Below, piece by piece: positions 1 to 11,548 of a stretch of 64,000 nt of DNA. The stretch is taken from contig CAWJSJ010000001.1 of assembly GCA_963845565.1 (NCBI GenBank), positions 32,001 through 96,000 on the forward strand, given 5' to 3'. Under the pieces are notes generated by a model. That model had not been told where the DNA came from and did no database searches. It saw only the letters and a program-made list of their open reading frames with translations. Positions within the stretch are counted from its first letter, which is position 1. Each line of letters begins with the position of its first letter. The stretch comes from an uncultured Methylomirabilota bacterium. Its GTDB lineage: Bacteria; Methylomirabilota; Methylomirabilia; Methylomirabilales; 2-02-FULL-66-22. Position numbers and translations under genes: made by a program.

Positions 1-52
1 GAGGCGATGCGCCGGCGGGTGACGGGGCCGTTCACGCCACGAGGTTTGTGCC

Positions 53-733
53 GTGAAGCCGAAGCGAGTCCTGATCATCGACGACGACGCCTCCCTGCTC
101 GACGCGCTGACCACCGCGTTGTGCCCGCCCTACCGTATTCTCGCCGCTCACGATTCGGCGGCCGCTTTCTCGCTGCTCAGAAACGACACCGTTGATCTGA
201 TCATCCTCGATCTGCATCTCGGCGCCGAGGACGGCCTGGATCTGCTTCCGCGGCTGCGTGCATTCACGTCTGCGCCGGTCCTGCTACTCACCGGGTTCGG
301 CACGCGTGAGAATCTCCTTCGCGTGATCCAGGCCAAGCCGGATGATTTCCTGGAAAAGCCGGTCGGGGTGGGGGCGCTGCGCGCACGGGTCAGCGCGCTA
401 CTCGGCGAGGTGTTCCCGGCGAACGATCCGATCGAGCGAGTGCGGGTGCGGATCGCCACCGAATACAAACGTCCGCTGACCTTGCGGGCGCTCGCGCGTC
501 TTTCCGGGATGAGTCAGGCGGGTTTCCGCCGCGCGTTCGTGGAGCGTTGCGGGGTGACGCCGGCAACCTATCTGAAGCAGTGCCGCATGCGGCAGGCCGC
601 GGTGCTGCTGGCAGACCCCGCGCAGCTCGTCAAGGAAGTCGCCGCGCACGTCGGTTATCCCGACCCCAACAATTTCTCCACCGCGTTCAAACGCTTTCAC
701 GGCGCCCCACCCAGGGCGTTTCGTAGGCGATAG
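53..733 (+). CDS. Response regulator, REC domain + AraC-type HTH
   Basis: VLIIDDD, phospho-acceptor IILDLHLGAEDG and LEKP, then AraC signature LARLSGMSQAGFRRAF...VKEVAAHVGYPDPNNFSTAFKRFHG; GTG start. Confidence 0.9.
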   Translation: MKPKRVLIIDDDASLLDALTTALCPPYRILAAHDSAAAFSLLRNDTVDLIILDLHLGAEDGLDLLPRLRAFTSAPVLLLTGFGTRENLLRVIQAKPDDFLEKPVGVGALRARVSALLGEVFPANDPIERVRVRIATEYKRPLTLRALARLSGMSQAGFRRAFVERCGVTPATYLKQCRMRQAAVLLADPAQLVKEVAAHVGYPDPNNFSTAFKRFHGAPPRAFRRR

Positions 734-749
734 GGCGGAGAGAAGGACA

Positions 750-972
750 GTCGACTCGTCAACTGGGCAATTGGTCGATTCGTCAACTGGGCACGTGAGC
801 GATTCGGGAAAACGAGCCTTTTGAGTCGACCCAGTTCGCTGAATCGGGAATCGGGGGACCCAACAGACTCAACAGACTCAATAGACGCGGCTGACAGCAG
901 GCAGGGGACGGGAGGCGCGAGTCATCGCACTCCTAAGACTCCATGGACTCAAGCAGGGGCTCAAGGGGCTCA
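750..972. repeat. Left copy of imperfect direct repeat with 8-mer/9-mer periodic arrays flanking the TA module
   Basis: caattggtcgattcgtcaactgggca at 768-793 is identical to 1800-1825; 890-952 aligns with 1860-1920; gactcaaca-type 9-mers at ~860-885. Confidence 0.85.
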
Positions 973-1011
973 ATCGGCGTAGCGGGCAAAGGGTGGAAGG
1001 AATGGGAGAGG

Positions 1012-1431
1012 TCAGTTGCTGCGCCAGTTCAGGATTTGTAGTCCGGCGATCCGCTGGAAGTGGCCAACGTTTCCGGTGATCAGAGTGAAATCATGTACGA
1101 CGGCTGAAGCGGCGATAAGGATATCTGCGTCACTGACCAGTTCTCCATGCTTGTAAAGGCCGGCGTAGATGTCGGTCGCCTTCACGATTACTTGATCGGT
1201 CAAAGGGAGGACGACGCTTCTAGCGCACTGGCGTTCGAAAAGTGCGACTTGCCGCGTCGCCTCTCTGGCTTTCAAGCCGCGTAGGATTTCGTAGCGGGTG
1301 ATGATGGAAAACGTGAAGCGCCCGTGTTCGGCAAGATAGCGTTTCGCCATGTCGAGAACGTGCGGGTCCCGAGCGCGCATCACCTCCGAGAGCATGTCGG
1401 TGTCCAGAAGGGCAGGGGACGTAGTGGTCAT
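1012..1431 (-). CDS. vapC: PIN-domain toxin (VapC family)
   Basis: LLDTDMLSE, ITRYEILRG, DADILIAASA, LITGNVGHFQRIAGLQILNW; start overlaps the antitoxin stop (ATGA). Confidence 0.92.
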   Translation of the reverse strand: MTTTSPALLDTDMLSEVMRARDPHVLDMAKRYLAEHGRFTFSIITRYEILRGLKAREATRQVALFERQCARSVVLPLTDQVIVKATDIYAGLYKHGELVSDADILIAASAVVHDFTLITGNVGHFQRIAGLQILNWRSN

Positions 1432-1661
1432 GCTGCAGGTCGCATGAAGGCTGTGCGGTCAAGCGCGATTCGTTCGATCGCGCCAAGTTCGTTTTCTGCC
1501 AAACCTTCATATACCCTGTGCCAGGCGGCAAGGCCGTCGAAATCTGCCTCGTCGTCAAGCGCCTGGATGCTGATCGTGACGCGTTGGCGGTTCGGCAGGT
1601 CGAGTGGTTCCAGGGGGGTCAGGACCCCATTTTCGTACATGGCCTCTACGACTCGTTCCAT
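1428..1661 (-). CDS. Antitoxin, DUF104/AF2212-like
   Basis: VEAMYENGVLTPLEPLDLP..RVTI signature; directly upstream of and coupled to the PIN toxin. Confidence 0.85.
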   Translation of the reverse strand: MERVVEAMYENGVLTPLEPLDLPNRQRVTISIQALDDEADFDGLAAWHRVYEGLAENELGAIERIALDRTAFMRPAA

Positions 1662-1766
1662 CGATCATCTCCTTCTGCTCCGGTCGGCTCTGGTCGTTCT
1701 GGCCGCTTCCCGACCCCAGAGATAGAGTAGCATAGTTCTGGAGATGGGGGAAGGCAGAGGGACAAC

Positions 1767-1945
1767 AGGCAGCGGGCAGCGGGCGAACAGCCAACTGGTC
1801 AATTGGTCGATTCGTCAACTGGGCAAGCGGGCGACCCAGGATAGGAAGACGGACGAGTAGCTGGCAGCAGGCAGGGGACCGGAGGCGCGAGTCGTCGAAC
1901 TCCGGGCTCCATGGACTCAACCGACTCCATGGACTCAACAGACCG
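1767..1945. repeat. Right copy of the direct repeat flanking the TA module
   Basis: Matches 768-793 and 890-952; 7-mer gcgggca and 9-mer gactccatg/gactcaac units. Confidence 0.85.
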
Positions 1946-2418
1946 GAGGAGCTCAGATATTTCTACAGCGATCCCGTGCAACTGCCCTTGATTGAAGGCC
2001 GCGTTACATTCTCAAAGAAGATCTGCAGAAATTCAAAGATCATTGCCGTTGACTGACAAAATCCGCTCAGGGTATCGACCAGGGGAGATGCGTCCGCTGT
2101 GCGGTGCAAGGCCGCCCGGAGGGTCAGCATGACCGGCGCTCCTCGCCCCTCCTCGATACTTCGCTGCACCCTGCCTCTCGTTGACCGCCGATTTTTCCGC
2201 GCGACTGAAATCTCCTACCGGGACCTTACGTCGCAAGGGAAACCGTTGATCGGGTTCGCCGTGCAGGCTCGCATGTGCGTCCGTGCCGGCACTGGCGACC
2301 TTCGTTGGGCTGGCTCGACCGTCGCAGATCATCGGGACTCCGCGGGAGGGGAGAGAACGCCCCTGGCCTGGTTGGGCCGCGCGCCGAAGCGCCATGACGT
2401 GGTGAGGGGAGGGGTTCC

Positions 2419-5400
2419 ATGCGCATACCTCTAAAAGACTACCTTGGCGTGTGGACGATTGTGCTGGCAGGATTACTTCTTTTCCTGCCGATCACCGACT
2501 CTCTTGCGGCGTTTCAACCCGTCCGCCCCATTCTGGAGTGCGTGACCCAGGAGGGCCCGAGCCAATACACGGCGGTGTACGGCTACAAGAACGAGAACGC
2601 GGTCCCGTTCATCATTCCGATGGGATCCCGCAACAAGTTCACACCCTTGCCGCAAGACCGCGGGCAACCGACGGTCTTTTGGCCTGGGCGAACGCCGCCT
2701 GATCGCGGCGTCTTCCAGGTGCCCTTCGACGGCGGCGACCTGGTCTGGACGCTGAAGGGGCCCGACGGGAGCACCCGGACCGCGACGGCGTCAAGTAGTT
2801 CGAGGCGGTGTCCGGGACCGACGCTCACGGGACTCGACCCTGTCAGCGTGTTCCTCACGCAGGGGGGCCGCGGGGCGCTCACGGCCACGATCGGCGCAGC
2901 CCAGCCCGGCACCACCACCATCACGCTCCGGAGTAGCGACCCCGCCATCGCGTCGGTTCCGGCGTCCGTCTCTATTCCGGCCGGTCAAGAGGTCGTCACG
3001 GTTCCCGTCGCCGCGGGCAATCTCGGCATTGCGGTCGTCACCGCGTTTCTCAACGGAAGTAGCCGCCACAGCGCCATCATCGTCCTTCCGGGCGGTCCCA
3101 CGCTTTCGAGCCTGGTCCCGGCGACCATCCAGATCGCCCAGGGGGCGACGGGGATGTTGACCGCGACCATCAGTGCCGCACAGGGGAGCGACACCGTCGT
3201 GCCTCTGAGCAGTACTGACGCCGGCATCGTCAACGTCCCCGCGACGGTCACCGTCCCGGCGGGCGCTGTCACCGTCCCTGTCCCCGTCGCCGCTGTCGCC
3301 CCCGGCAGTGCCACCGTCACCGCCGGCCCCCTGAACAGGACGCTCGCCCAGAGCCAGGTGATCGTGATCGCGCCCGCCGCCACGGTGGTCGGTCTTGCAC
3401 CTGCGGTCCTCCGACTGTCGGAGGGAAGCGCGGGGACTCTTACCGTCACTCTGAATGCCAGCCAACCGGCTGACACCGAGGTCGCCTTGGTCACGAGTGA
3501 CCCGACGATCGTCGGCCTTCCCGGGGATCGGGTCATCGTTCCAGCCCATTCGGCATCCGCGTCCTTCACCGTGATCAGCCTCTCCCGAGGGACCGCGACG
3601 GTCACGGCCAGCGCGAACGGCACCAGCGCCACCTCGGCCGTGACGGTCCAACCGCCGCCGCCCACGGTGAGCGCCCTCACCTGTCCCGCCACGCTCACCG
3701 CTAGCGTGACGAGCCAATGTGCGGTGACACTCAACGCCACGCAACTTGACGAGACGGTCGTGCCTCTCGCGAGTAGCGATCCCGGGATCGTGTCCATCCC
3801 CAACAGCGTCACGATCCCAGCGGGCGCTGTCGCTGTCGCTGTCCCGGTCGTCGCCGACTCCCCCGGCACGGCGACGATCACCGCTGGCCCGCTGAACGAG
3901 ACGAGCAGGCAGGCGACCGTTCAGGTGCTCCCGCCGCCCCCGACCCTCGTGGGGCTGACGCCGAGCCCTGCGATGCTCCTCGTCGGGGCCTCGACCACTG
4001 TCACGCTCACTTTGAATGCGGCCCAGCCGACGGACACCGCCGTTGCCCTCGCAGGGAGTCCGGCCGGAATCGTGAACGTCCCCGTCTCGATCACCGTTCC
4101 CGCCGGTCAGATCGCTGTCCCTGTCCCTGTCACGGCTCTTACTCCCGGCAGCGCCGTCCTCACCGCCGGCCCGCTCAATGGGAGCACCGTGGCGGCAACC
4201 GTCACGGTCAACCAGCTCCCGCCTGCGGTGACCGCCCTGACGCCATCGGAGGTTGCTCTCTCCAAAGGGACGGCGGACTCCTTGACCGTGACCATCGCCC
4301 CGGTCCAGGTCGAGCCGACCACCGTCCCGCTGACGAGTAATGACCCGGCAACCGTCGAGGTTCCTGCCAGCGTCCCCGTCCCCGCCGGGTCGGCCACCGC
4401 CGCCTTCCCGGTGATCGGGCGGAACGTTGGAACCGCCACCGTCACCGCTGGTCCCCTCGGCGGGACGACGGCCGCGACCACCGTCACCGTGACCCCACCG
4501 GCCCTCGTGGCCCTCACGATCGCGCCCACGGCCGTCACCCTGGCCGTTGGACAGGCGCAACCCTTCGTCGCCACGGGAAACTACACCGACGGGACGACGC
4601 AGGACCTCACCAGCGCGGCCGCCTGGACCAGCGGCGACGACGCCATTGCCACCGTCACCACCCCCGGGGGCGTCGTCACCGCCCGCGCCGTGGGCCAAGC
4701 CATCATCACGGCGACCGCCGAGGGGAAGACCGCGACCGCCACGGTCACCGTGACCCCGCCCACCCTCACGGTCCTCGCGCTGACCCCGACGCAGCCGACC
4801 CGCGGCGTCGGGCAACTGGTCCAGTTCCAGGTCACCGGCACCTACACGGATGGAACCACCCAGAACCTCACCGGGACCGTCACCTGGACGAGTAGCAACA
4901 CCGTGGTCGCGTCCATCACGTCGCCCGGCGGCCTCGCCACGGCCCTGGCAGTGGGGCAGAGCGACCATCACCGCGACGCACGCGGCGGGGATGAGCGCGA
5001 GCACGACGCTCTTCGTGACGGCGCCAGTTGTGGTCAGCCTCACCATCAGTCCCCAGAACCCGACCAAGACCATCGGCCGGACCCTTCAGTTTACAGCGAC
5101 CGGGACGTACAGCGACGGAACAACCCAGACCCTCACGGCCGCCGTCACGTGGACGAGTAATAGTCCAGCCGTCGCCATCATCGCCTCCTCTGGGGGGCTT
5201 GCGACTGCCGTCGCGGAGGGCCAGACGACCATCACGGCGACCTACGCCGTGGGCCTCGCGGCGAGCACCACGCTCACCGCCACGATCCTGCCGCCAGACC
5301 CGATGAGTGTCGCTCCGCCCGTGAGCCAGAGCGCAGCCACCGCACTGGCGCCCGCCACGGAGTTTCTGTACATGGGTCCCGATCCCGTCCAGACCGACGT

Positions 5401-8400
5401 GGTCCCCGGGGCGATCGAGGCCGGGCGGGCGGCTGTCCTGCGGGGGCGGGTGCTGACGCGCGACGGGAATCCGCTCTCGGGCGTCAACCTCAGCGTTCTC
5501 AACCACCCCGAGTACGGGACGACCCTCAGTCGGACCGACGGCATGTTCGACCTCGCGGTCAACGGGGGTAGCCAACTGACTCTACGGTACCAGAAGGCCG
5601 GGTACCTCCCGGCTCAGCGGCCCATCACGGTTGCGTGGCAGAACTACGCCTGGCTGCCGGATGTCGCCCTGATCCCCTACGATACGCGAGTGACCACCGT
5701 CGATCTCGGTGCGCCCACGCCCATCCAGGTGGCCCGCGGGAATCCGGTCACCGACAACGACGGCACCCGTCAAGCCACCCTCTTCTTCCCGCAGGGCACG
5801 ACAGCGACAATCCAGCTCTCCGATGGCTCGACGCAGCCGCTCACGACCCTCAGCGTGCGCGCCACGGAGTACACGGTGGGCCCGAACGGGCCCAAGGCCA
5901 TGCCCGGGCCGCTCCCAGCGACGACCGCCTATACCTATTGTGCGGCGCTTACCCTCGACGAGGCGCTGAGTGCGGGGGCGAGACGGGTCCAGTTCAGTCA
6001 ACCAGTCATCACCTACGTCGAGAATTTCGTCGGCTTCCCCATCGGCGGCATCGTGCCCTTGGGATACTACGATCGCGCCGCGGCGGCCTGGGTGCCGTCG
6101 GACAACGGCCGGGTCGTCAAGATCCTCTCGGTGACCAGCGGCCTCGCGGACCTTGACATCAGCGGGGGCGGGACGCCAGCCAGCGCCGAGCGCTCTCGCG
6201 GCGCTCGGGATCACCAGCGCCGAACGGGGACAGCTCGCTCTCCTGTACACCCCCGGGCAGAGCCTCTGGCGCCTGCCGATCCCCCACTTCAGCGACTGGG
6301 ACGCCAACTGGGGCTGGGGCCCACCACTCGGGGCGACGTTCTGGGACGGCGACGTGTCGCTGGCGGATGCGTGCCCGCCGTGCGTCCGGTCGGAGGCCGG
6401 CTCCATCATCCGCCCGCAGACTCAGACGCTCGAGGAAACGGTCGACCTGGCGGGGACGCCCTTTCAGCTCCACTACGCGAGCGACCGCCTCGCGGGCCGG
6501 ACGACGGCGCGCACCCTCGAGATCCCTGTGACCAAGGCGACCCTCCCGGCCGGCTTGAAACGCGTGGAGATGGAGTTCCTCGTGGCCGGCCAACGACAGG
6601 CCGCCACCGTGCCCGCGCAACCGAACCAGACCTATCCCTTCGCCTGGGACGGCCACGATGGCTACGGCCGGGCCCTGTACGGCGCGCATGCGGCTGTCAT
6701 CCGGGTCGGGTACGTGTATGACGGCGCGTATCAGCAACCGGCACAGCTCTACAAAGCCTTCGGGTACAGCGGGAACGGACAAATCGCGGCCCTGCGCACC
6801 CGCCAGGAGGTCACGCTGTGGCAGGAGGCGCGGACGACGGTCAGCACCGGTGGGGACACTCGCGCAGACGGCCTGGGCGGCTGGACGCTCGATGTCCACC
6901 ATAGCTACGATCCGGGCGCCCAGGTGCTCCGCCTCGGCGACGGGACGCAACGGCGCGCGAGCGACGTGGGCACGGTCATCAGCACGATGACCACGGGCGC
7001 CTGGTGGGCCGCCACATTCGATGGGCAGGGGAACCTGTTCTACGCGTCGGGTCACCAGATCAAAAAGCGCACGCCGGCGGGGGTCGTGACGGTCGTGGCC
7101 GGCACGGTGACCGCGGGATTCAGCGGCGACGGCGGGCCCGCTATCAATGCCCAGCTCAACAGCCCGTACGGGATGAGTATTGATGCGCAGGGGACGCTCT
7201 TCTTCGCGGACTACTACAACCATCGCATCCGCAAGGTCACCCCGGACGGGATCATTGCCACGGTGGCGGGGGATGGGAGTTGCTGCGGCCCGGGCGAGGG
7301 CGGGGGCAACTTCACCGGCGACGGCGGTCCGGCGACCGCGGCAGGCCTCGAGCTTCCCTGGGGCGTGACGGTCGACGGCCAGGGGAACCTCTTCATCGCG
7401 GATACGGGAAACAGCCGGATCCGAAAGGTGACGCCCGACGGGACCATTCAGACGATTGCCGGCGGGGGCAGTCCCTATCTTCTGTACTGCGGCGATGGCG
7501 GCCCGGCGACGGCCGCCTGCCTCCGCTGGCCGGCCAAGGTGGCCATTGACCAGCACGGCAACCTCTTTATCCCGGACCACGTGAACAACCGCATCCGCAA
7601 GGTCACCCCGGAAGGGATCATCAGCACCGTGGCCGGAACTGGCCCATCCGGTGCGGGCGGGGGTGGGTACGCGGGCGACGGCGGGCCAGCCACCGCTGCT
7701 CAGATCAATGGCCCGCTTGCCGTCGCGGTGGACGCCCAAGGAAACCTGTTTATCCCGGACCATTACAACCACCGCGTCCGTCTGGTGAACCCCCAGGGGG
7801 TCATCACGACGATCGCGGGCACCGGCACGGCCGGCTTCAGCGGCGACGGCGGCCCAGCCACGAGCGCCCAGATCAACGCACCCCGGGCGGCCCTCCTGGA
7901 TCCTCAGGGGACCCTCCACATCGCCGACGCGGCGAATGGCCGCATCCGGAAGATCGCGCCCGCCTTGCCGGGCGTCACCACCCAGGACATCACGATTCCG
8001 AGTGCGGACGGCGCGGAACTGTACGTGTTCTCCTCTGGGGGCCGCCATCTCCGCACGCATCACGCTCTCACGGGCGCCGTGCGGTACACCTTCGGCTACG
8101 ATCCGGACAGCCGCCTCGCCACCGTCACGGACGGGGACAACAACGTGACCGCGATCGAGCGAGACAGCGCCGGGCGGCCGACGGCGATCGTGGCTCCGGA
8201 TGGCCAGCGGACCATGCTTACGGTCGACGCCAACGGCTACCTCGCCACCGTCGCCAACCCCGCCGGGGAGGCGCACCGGTTTGCCTCCACCAGCGACGGC
8301 CTCCTCCAGACGATGACCACGCCGCGGAATCAGACGTACCGATTCACCTTCGACGCGCTCGGGCGCTTGACCCGAGACGAAGATCCGGCCGGCGGCGTCA

Positions 8401-11028
8401 AGACCCTGGATCGGGCGGGGACGGGGAACACCTACACCGTGGCGCTGACCACCGCCCTGACCCGAGTGAGCACCTTCCACGTCGAGCCGCTCGCCACCGG
8501 CGGGACCCGGCAGGTGGACACCGAGCCGGACGGCACCCAGACCGAGATGCGGACCGGCACGGATGGAATCACCACCACGACCGTGGCCGATGGGACGGTC
8601 ACGACGCTCAAGAAGGGCCCCGACCCCCGCTTCGGGATGCAGGCGCCGATCTCCAGCGCACTCACCCTCCGGATGCCGAGCGGCCTGACCTCGAGCCTGG
8701 CGATGACCCGCACGGTCACGCTCAGCAATCCGAGCAATCTTCTGAGCGTCACCAGCCAGACGGACACGCTGACGCTGAATGGCCGGACGGCCACCAGTAC
8801 GTACACCGCGTCTACGAAGACCCGCACGGACCGGAGCCCGGCCAATCGCGTTGCCACCACGACCCTCGATGCGCAAGGACGAGTCGTCCGCGCGCAGGCG
8901 GACAGCCTGGAGCCGGTCGCCTTCACCTATGACCCCCGCGGCCGCCTGAGCACTGTCGTCCAGGGGACGGGTGGCACCGCCCGGACCTCCACCTTCGCCT
9001 ACAACCCCGAGGGCTTCCTGGAGACCATCACCGATCCGCTCAACCGCACCGTACGGTTCACCTACGACCCGGCAGGCCGGGTGCTCACGCAGATCCTCCC
9101 GGACCTCCGGGTGATCCAGACCACCTACGACGCGAACGGCAACGTCGCGTCCGTCACGCCGCCGAGTCGGCCGGCGCATGCCTTCGATTACACGCCGATT
9201 GACCTGGAGGCGAGCTACACGCCACCGGATCTCGGGATCGGGACCGTGGCGACGACCTACACGTACAACCAAGACCGCCAACTCACCCAGGTCACGCGGC
9301 CCGATGGCCAGGCGCTCACCCTGGACTACGAGCCCACCGGCGGTCGGCTCACGACCCTCACGGCGCCCACGGGCCAGACCACCGTCACCTACCACCCGAC
9401 GACCGGCAATGTCAGCAACATCGACAGTCCCGGCGGGGTGGGGCTCAGCTACACGTACGATGGGTCGCTGCTCACCGGCACCAGCCTGGACCGGTCCGGT
9501 GGCGGGGAGTGTGACGCGCACCTATGACACCGACTTCCGAGTGGCCACCGAGAGCGTCAATGGCGGGAACCCGGTGACCCTTCAGTACGACCCCGACAGC
9601 CTCCTCACGCAGGCGGGGAGCCTGACGCTCGACGCGCCATCCGCAGCACGGGTTGCTCACTGGCACAGCGTTGGGGGGCGTCACGGACGCGTACACCTAC
9701 AGCACCTTCGGGGAACTCGACACGTATCAAGCGAGCTACAATAGTTCCCCGCTCCTCAACAGCACCTACGCCCGCGACGCCCTCGGCCGGATCACGCAGA
9801 AAGTCGAGACCATCGGGGGTGCGACCACGACCACGGCGTACGGCTACGACACCGCCGGTCGCTTGACCGATGTCACGGTGGACGGCGTCCTCACTGCTCA
9901 CTACGCCTACGACGGGAACGGCAACCGCCTGAGCGTCACGCGCCCCGTCAGCGGGACGGTCTCGGGGATCTACGATGCGCAGGACCGCGTGACGACCTAC
10001 GGCGCCATCGCGTACACGTATACCAGCAACGGCGATCTCCTGACCGCCACGAGCGGGGGCGAGACGACCACCTACGCGTATGACGTCTTCGGCAACCTCA
10101 CCGCGGTGACCTTGCCATCTGGCACGCAGATCGCGTACGTGATCGACGGCCAGCACCGCCGGATCGGCAAGAAGGTCAATGGCGTCCTCACCCAAGGCTT
10201 CCTGTACGGCAGCCAACTCCGCCCAGCCGCCGAACTGGATGGCAGTGGGGCAGTGGTGGCCCGCTTCGTCTACGGCACCCGGATCAACGTCCCCGACTAC
10301 ATGGTGAAGAGGCGGCGTCACCTACCGCCTCTTGACAGACCACCTCGGGTCCGTCAGGCTCGTGGTCAACACGACCACGGGAGCCATTGTCCAACGGATG
10401 GACTACGACGAGTTCGGCCAGGTCACCCAGGACACCGACCCCCGGCTTCCAACCCTTCGGCTTCGCCGGGGGGCTGTACGATTCCGACACCAAGCTCGTG
10501 CGCTTCGGCGCCCGAGACTACGATGCGTTCACGGGACGGTGGACGACGAAGGATCCGATTGGGTTTGCGGGTAGGGATACGAATCTTTACGGTTACGTCT
10601 GGGGAAATCCTGGCCGTTTCGTTGATCCGCTCGGAGAAAACGTTCGTGTGTCGCGGTACTTGGGCGCTGGCGGGCTAGGACACATTGGGCTGGGGATCGT
10701 CGGTGTCGAGGGCGAAGGCACCGTGGGATTTTACCCCGAACCAGGTCATGGTCTCGGCGAGCTTTTAAAAGGGGTCCCTGGCGCAATCCTGTCTGACGAC
10801 CCGACGAAGCGGCGTGGGACCATTGTCATACCTACGACACTGGAACAAGACCTATGCGTCGAGGAGTGCATTAATCAGCGAACGGCGGAGCCGGGGACCT
10901 ACCGTGGACGCGAGAACAACTGCAAGGACTTCGTCCACGAGTGTCTTACGCGGTGTCGCATTCCAGCGGGCGGGCCACCGGCACCCTGGGGGTACTTCGA
11001 TTCACTTCGGCAATTGTATGGGCAGTGA
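2419..11028 (+). CDS. Giant teneurin-like RHS/YD polymorphic toxin, ~2,867 aa once six +1 frameshifts are removed
   Basis: ORF pieces 2419, 4850, 6153, 9178, 9653, 10332 and 10387 join into one frame if single bases are removed near 4960, 6187, 9486, 9631, 10310 and 10440. Order: signal peptide, 6+3 Ig-like repeats, LRGRV..DG.PL.GV...[18 protein letters not shown] teneurin motif, NHL repeats ([15 protein letters not shown]), YD repeats, RHS core [11 protein letters not shown]...GARDYD...[11 protein letters not shown]...NP..FVDPLG. Confidence 0.88.
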
Positions 11029-11047
11029 GGGAGCTGTGAGGGTTGCG

Positions 11048-11503
11048 ATGATGCGCGCTAAACGGGTCTCCGTTGTAAAATGCGTACTGTGGTTTGGTGT
11101 GGTCGGCGGCGCCGGAGTGCCCGGGCTGTACTTGGGTGTGTGGAATGCCGTGCTGTGGATAGGGATAGATAGACTTGAGGCAGTATTTCCTCGTGCCATG
11201 GTTTGGATCGAAGCTGTCCGGCTAATGTTCTGGCCGTTCTCAATCTTTCTGCTCGGCATCGGAGAATCTGCGACAAAAGCCTTCATTGAAGCGATCCTTC
11301 TGAACATGCTACTGTACGGCATGATCGGAGCGCTCGCTTGGATAAGCCTTGGCCACCGTCTTGCCGAGTGGATGTTAGTTGGCGCCTCACTCCTCGGGCT
11401 CTATGCTGTCAACTCTTCGCTGGTGAGTCATCCCGCTAGCTTCGCTTTCGCCGCTGTCATTCTCTTCCTCTTCTTCACCCTCTTCTATTGGAGATTGAGC
11501 TGA
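11048..11503 (+). CDS. Polytopic membrane protein, candidate immunity protein
   Basis: ~151 aa with 4-5 hydrophobic segments, 19 nt after the toxin stop; shares the A/T-richer style of the toxin tip; an alternative ATG lies at 11018. Confidence 0.6.
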   Translation: MMRAKRVSVVKCVLWFGVVGGAGVPGLYLGVWNAVLWIGIDRLEAVFPRAMVWIEAVRLMFWPFSIFLLGIGESATKAFIEAILLNMLLYGMIGALAWISLGHRLAEWMLVGASLLGLYAVNSSLVSHPASFAFAAVILFLFFTLFYWRLS

Positions 11504-11548
11504 CTGTAATACGGGACTCGGCCGTTTCTGCGCTGTCAAGATGGACAA

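Noticed and set aside
1960..2418. Possible riboswitch or small gene upstream of the giant gene
   Set aside because: No c-di-GMP or other riboswitch consensus was recognisable, and the short ORFs have no motifs.
2791..9521. Long minus-strand ORFs (760 aa, 1120 aa) opposite the giant gene
   Set aside because: Antisense shadows of GC-rich coding sequence; no recognisable motifs.
10286..10294. aacgtcccc, resembling the transposase repeat end, near the RHS core
   Set aside because: Too short, and it encodes the NVPDY peptide; chance is sufficient.
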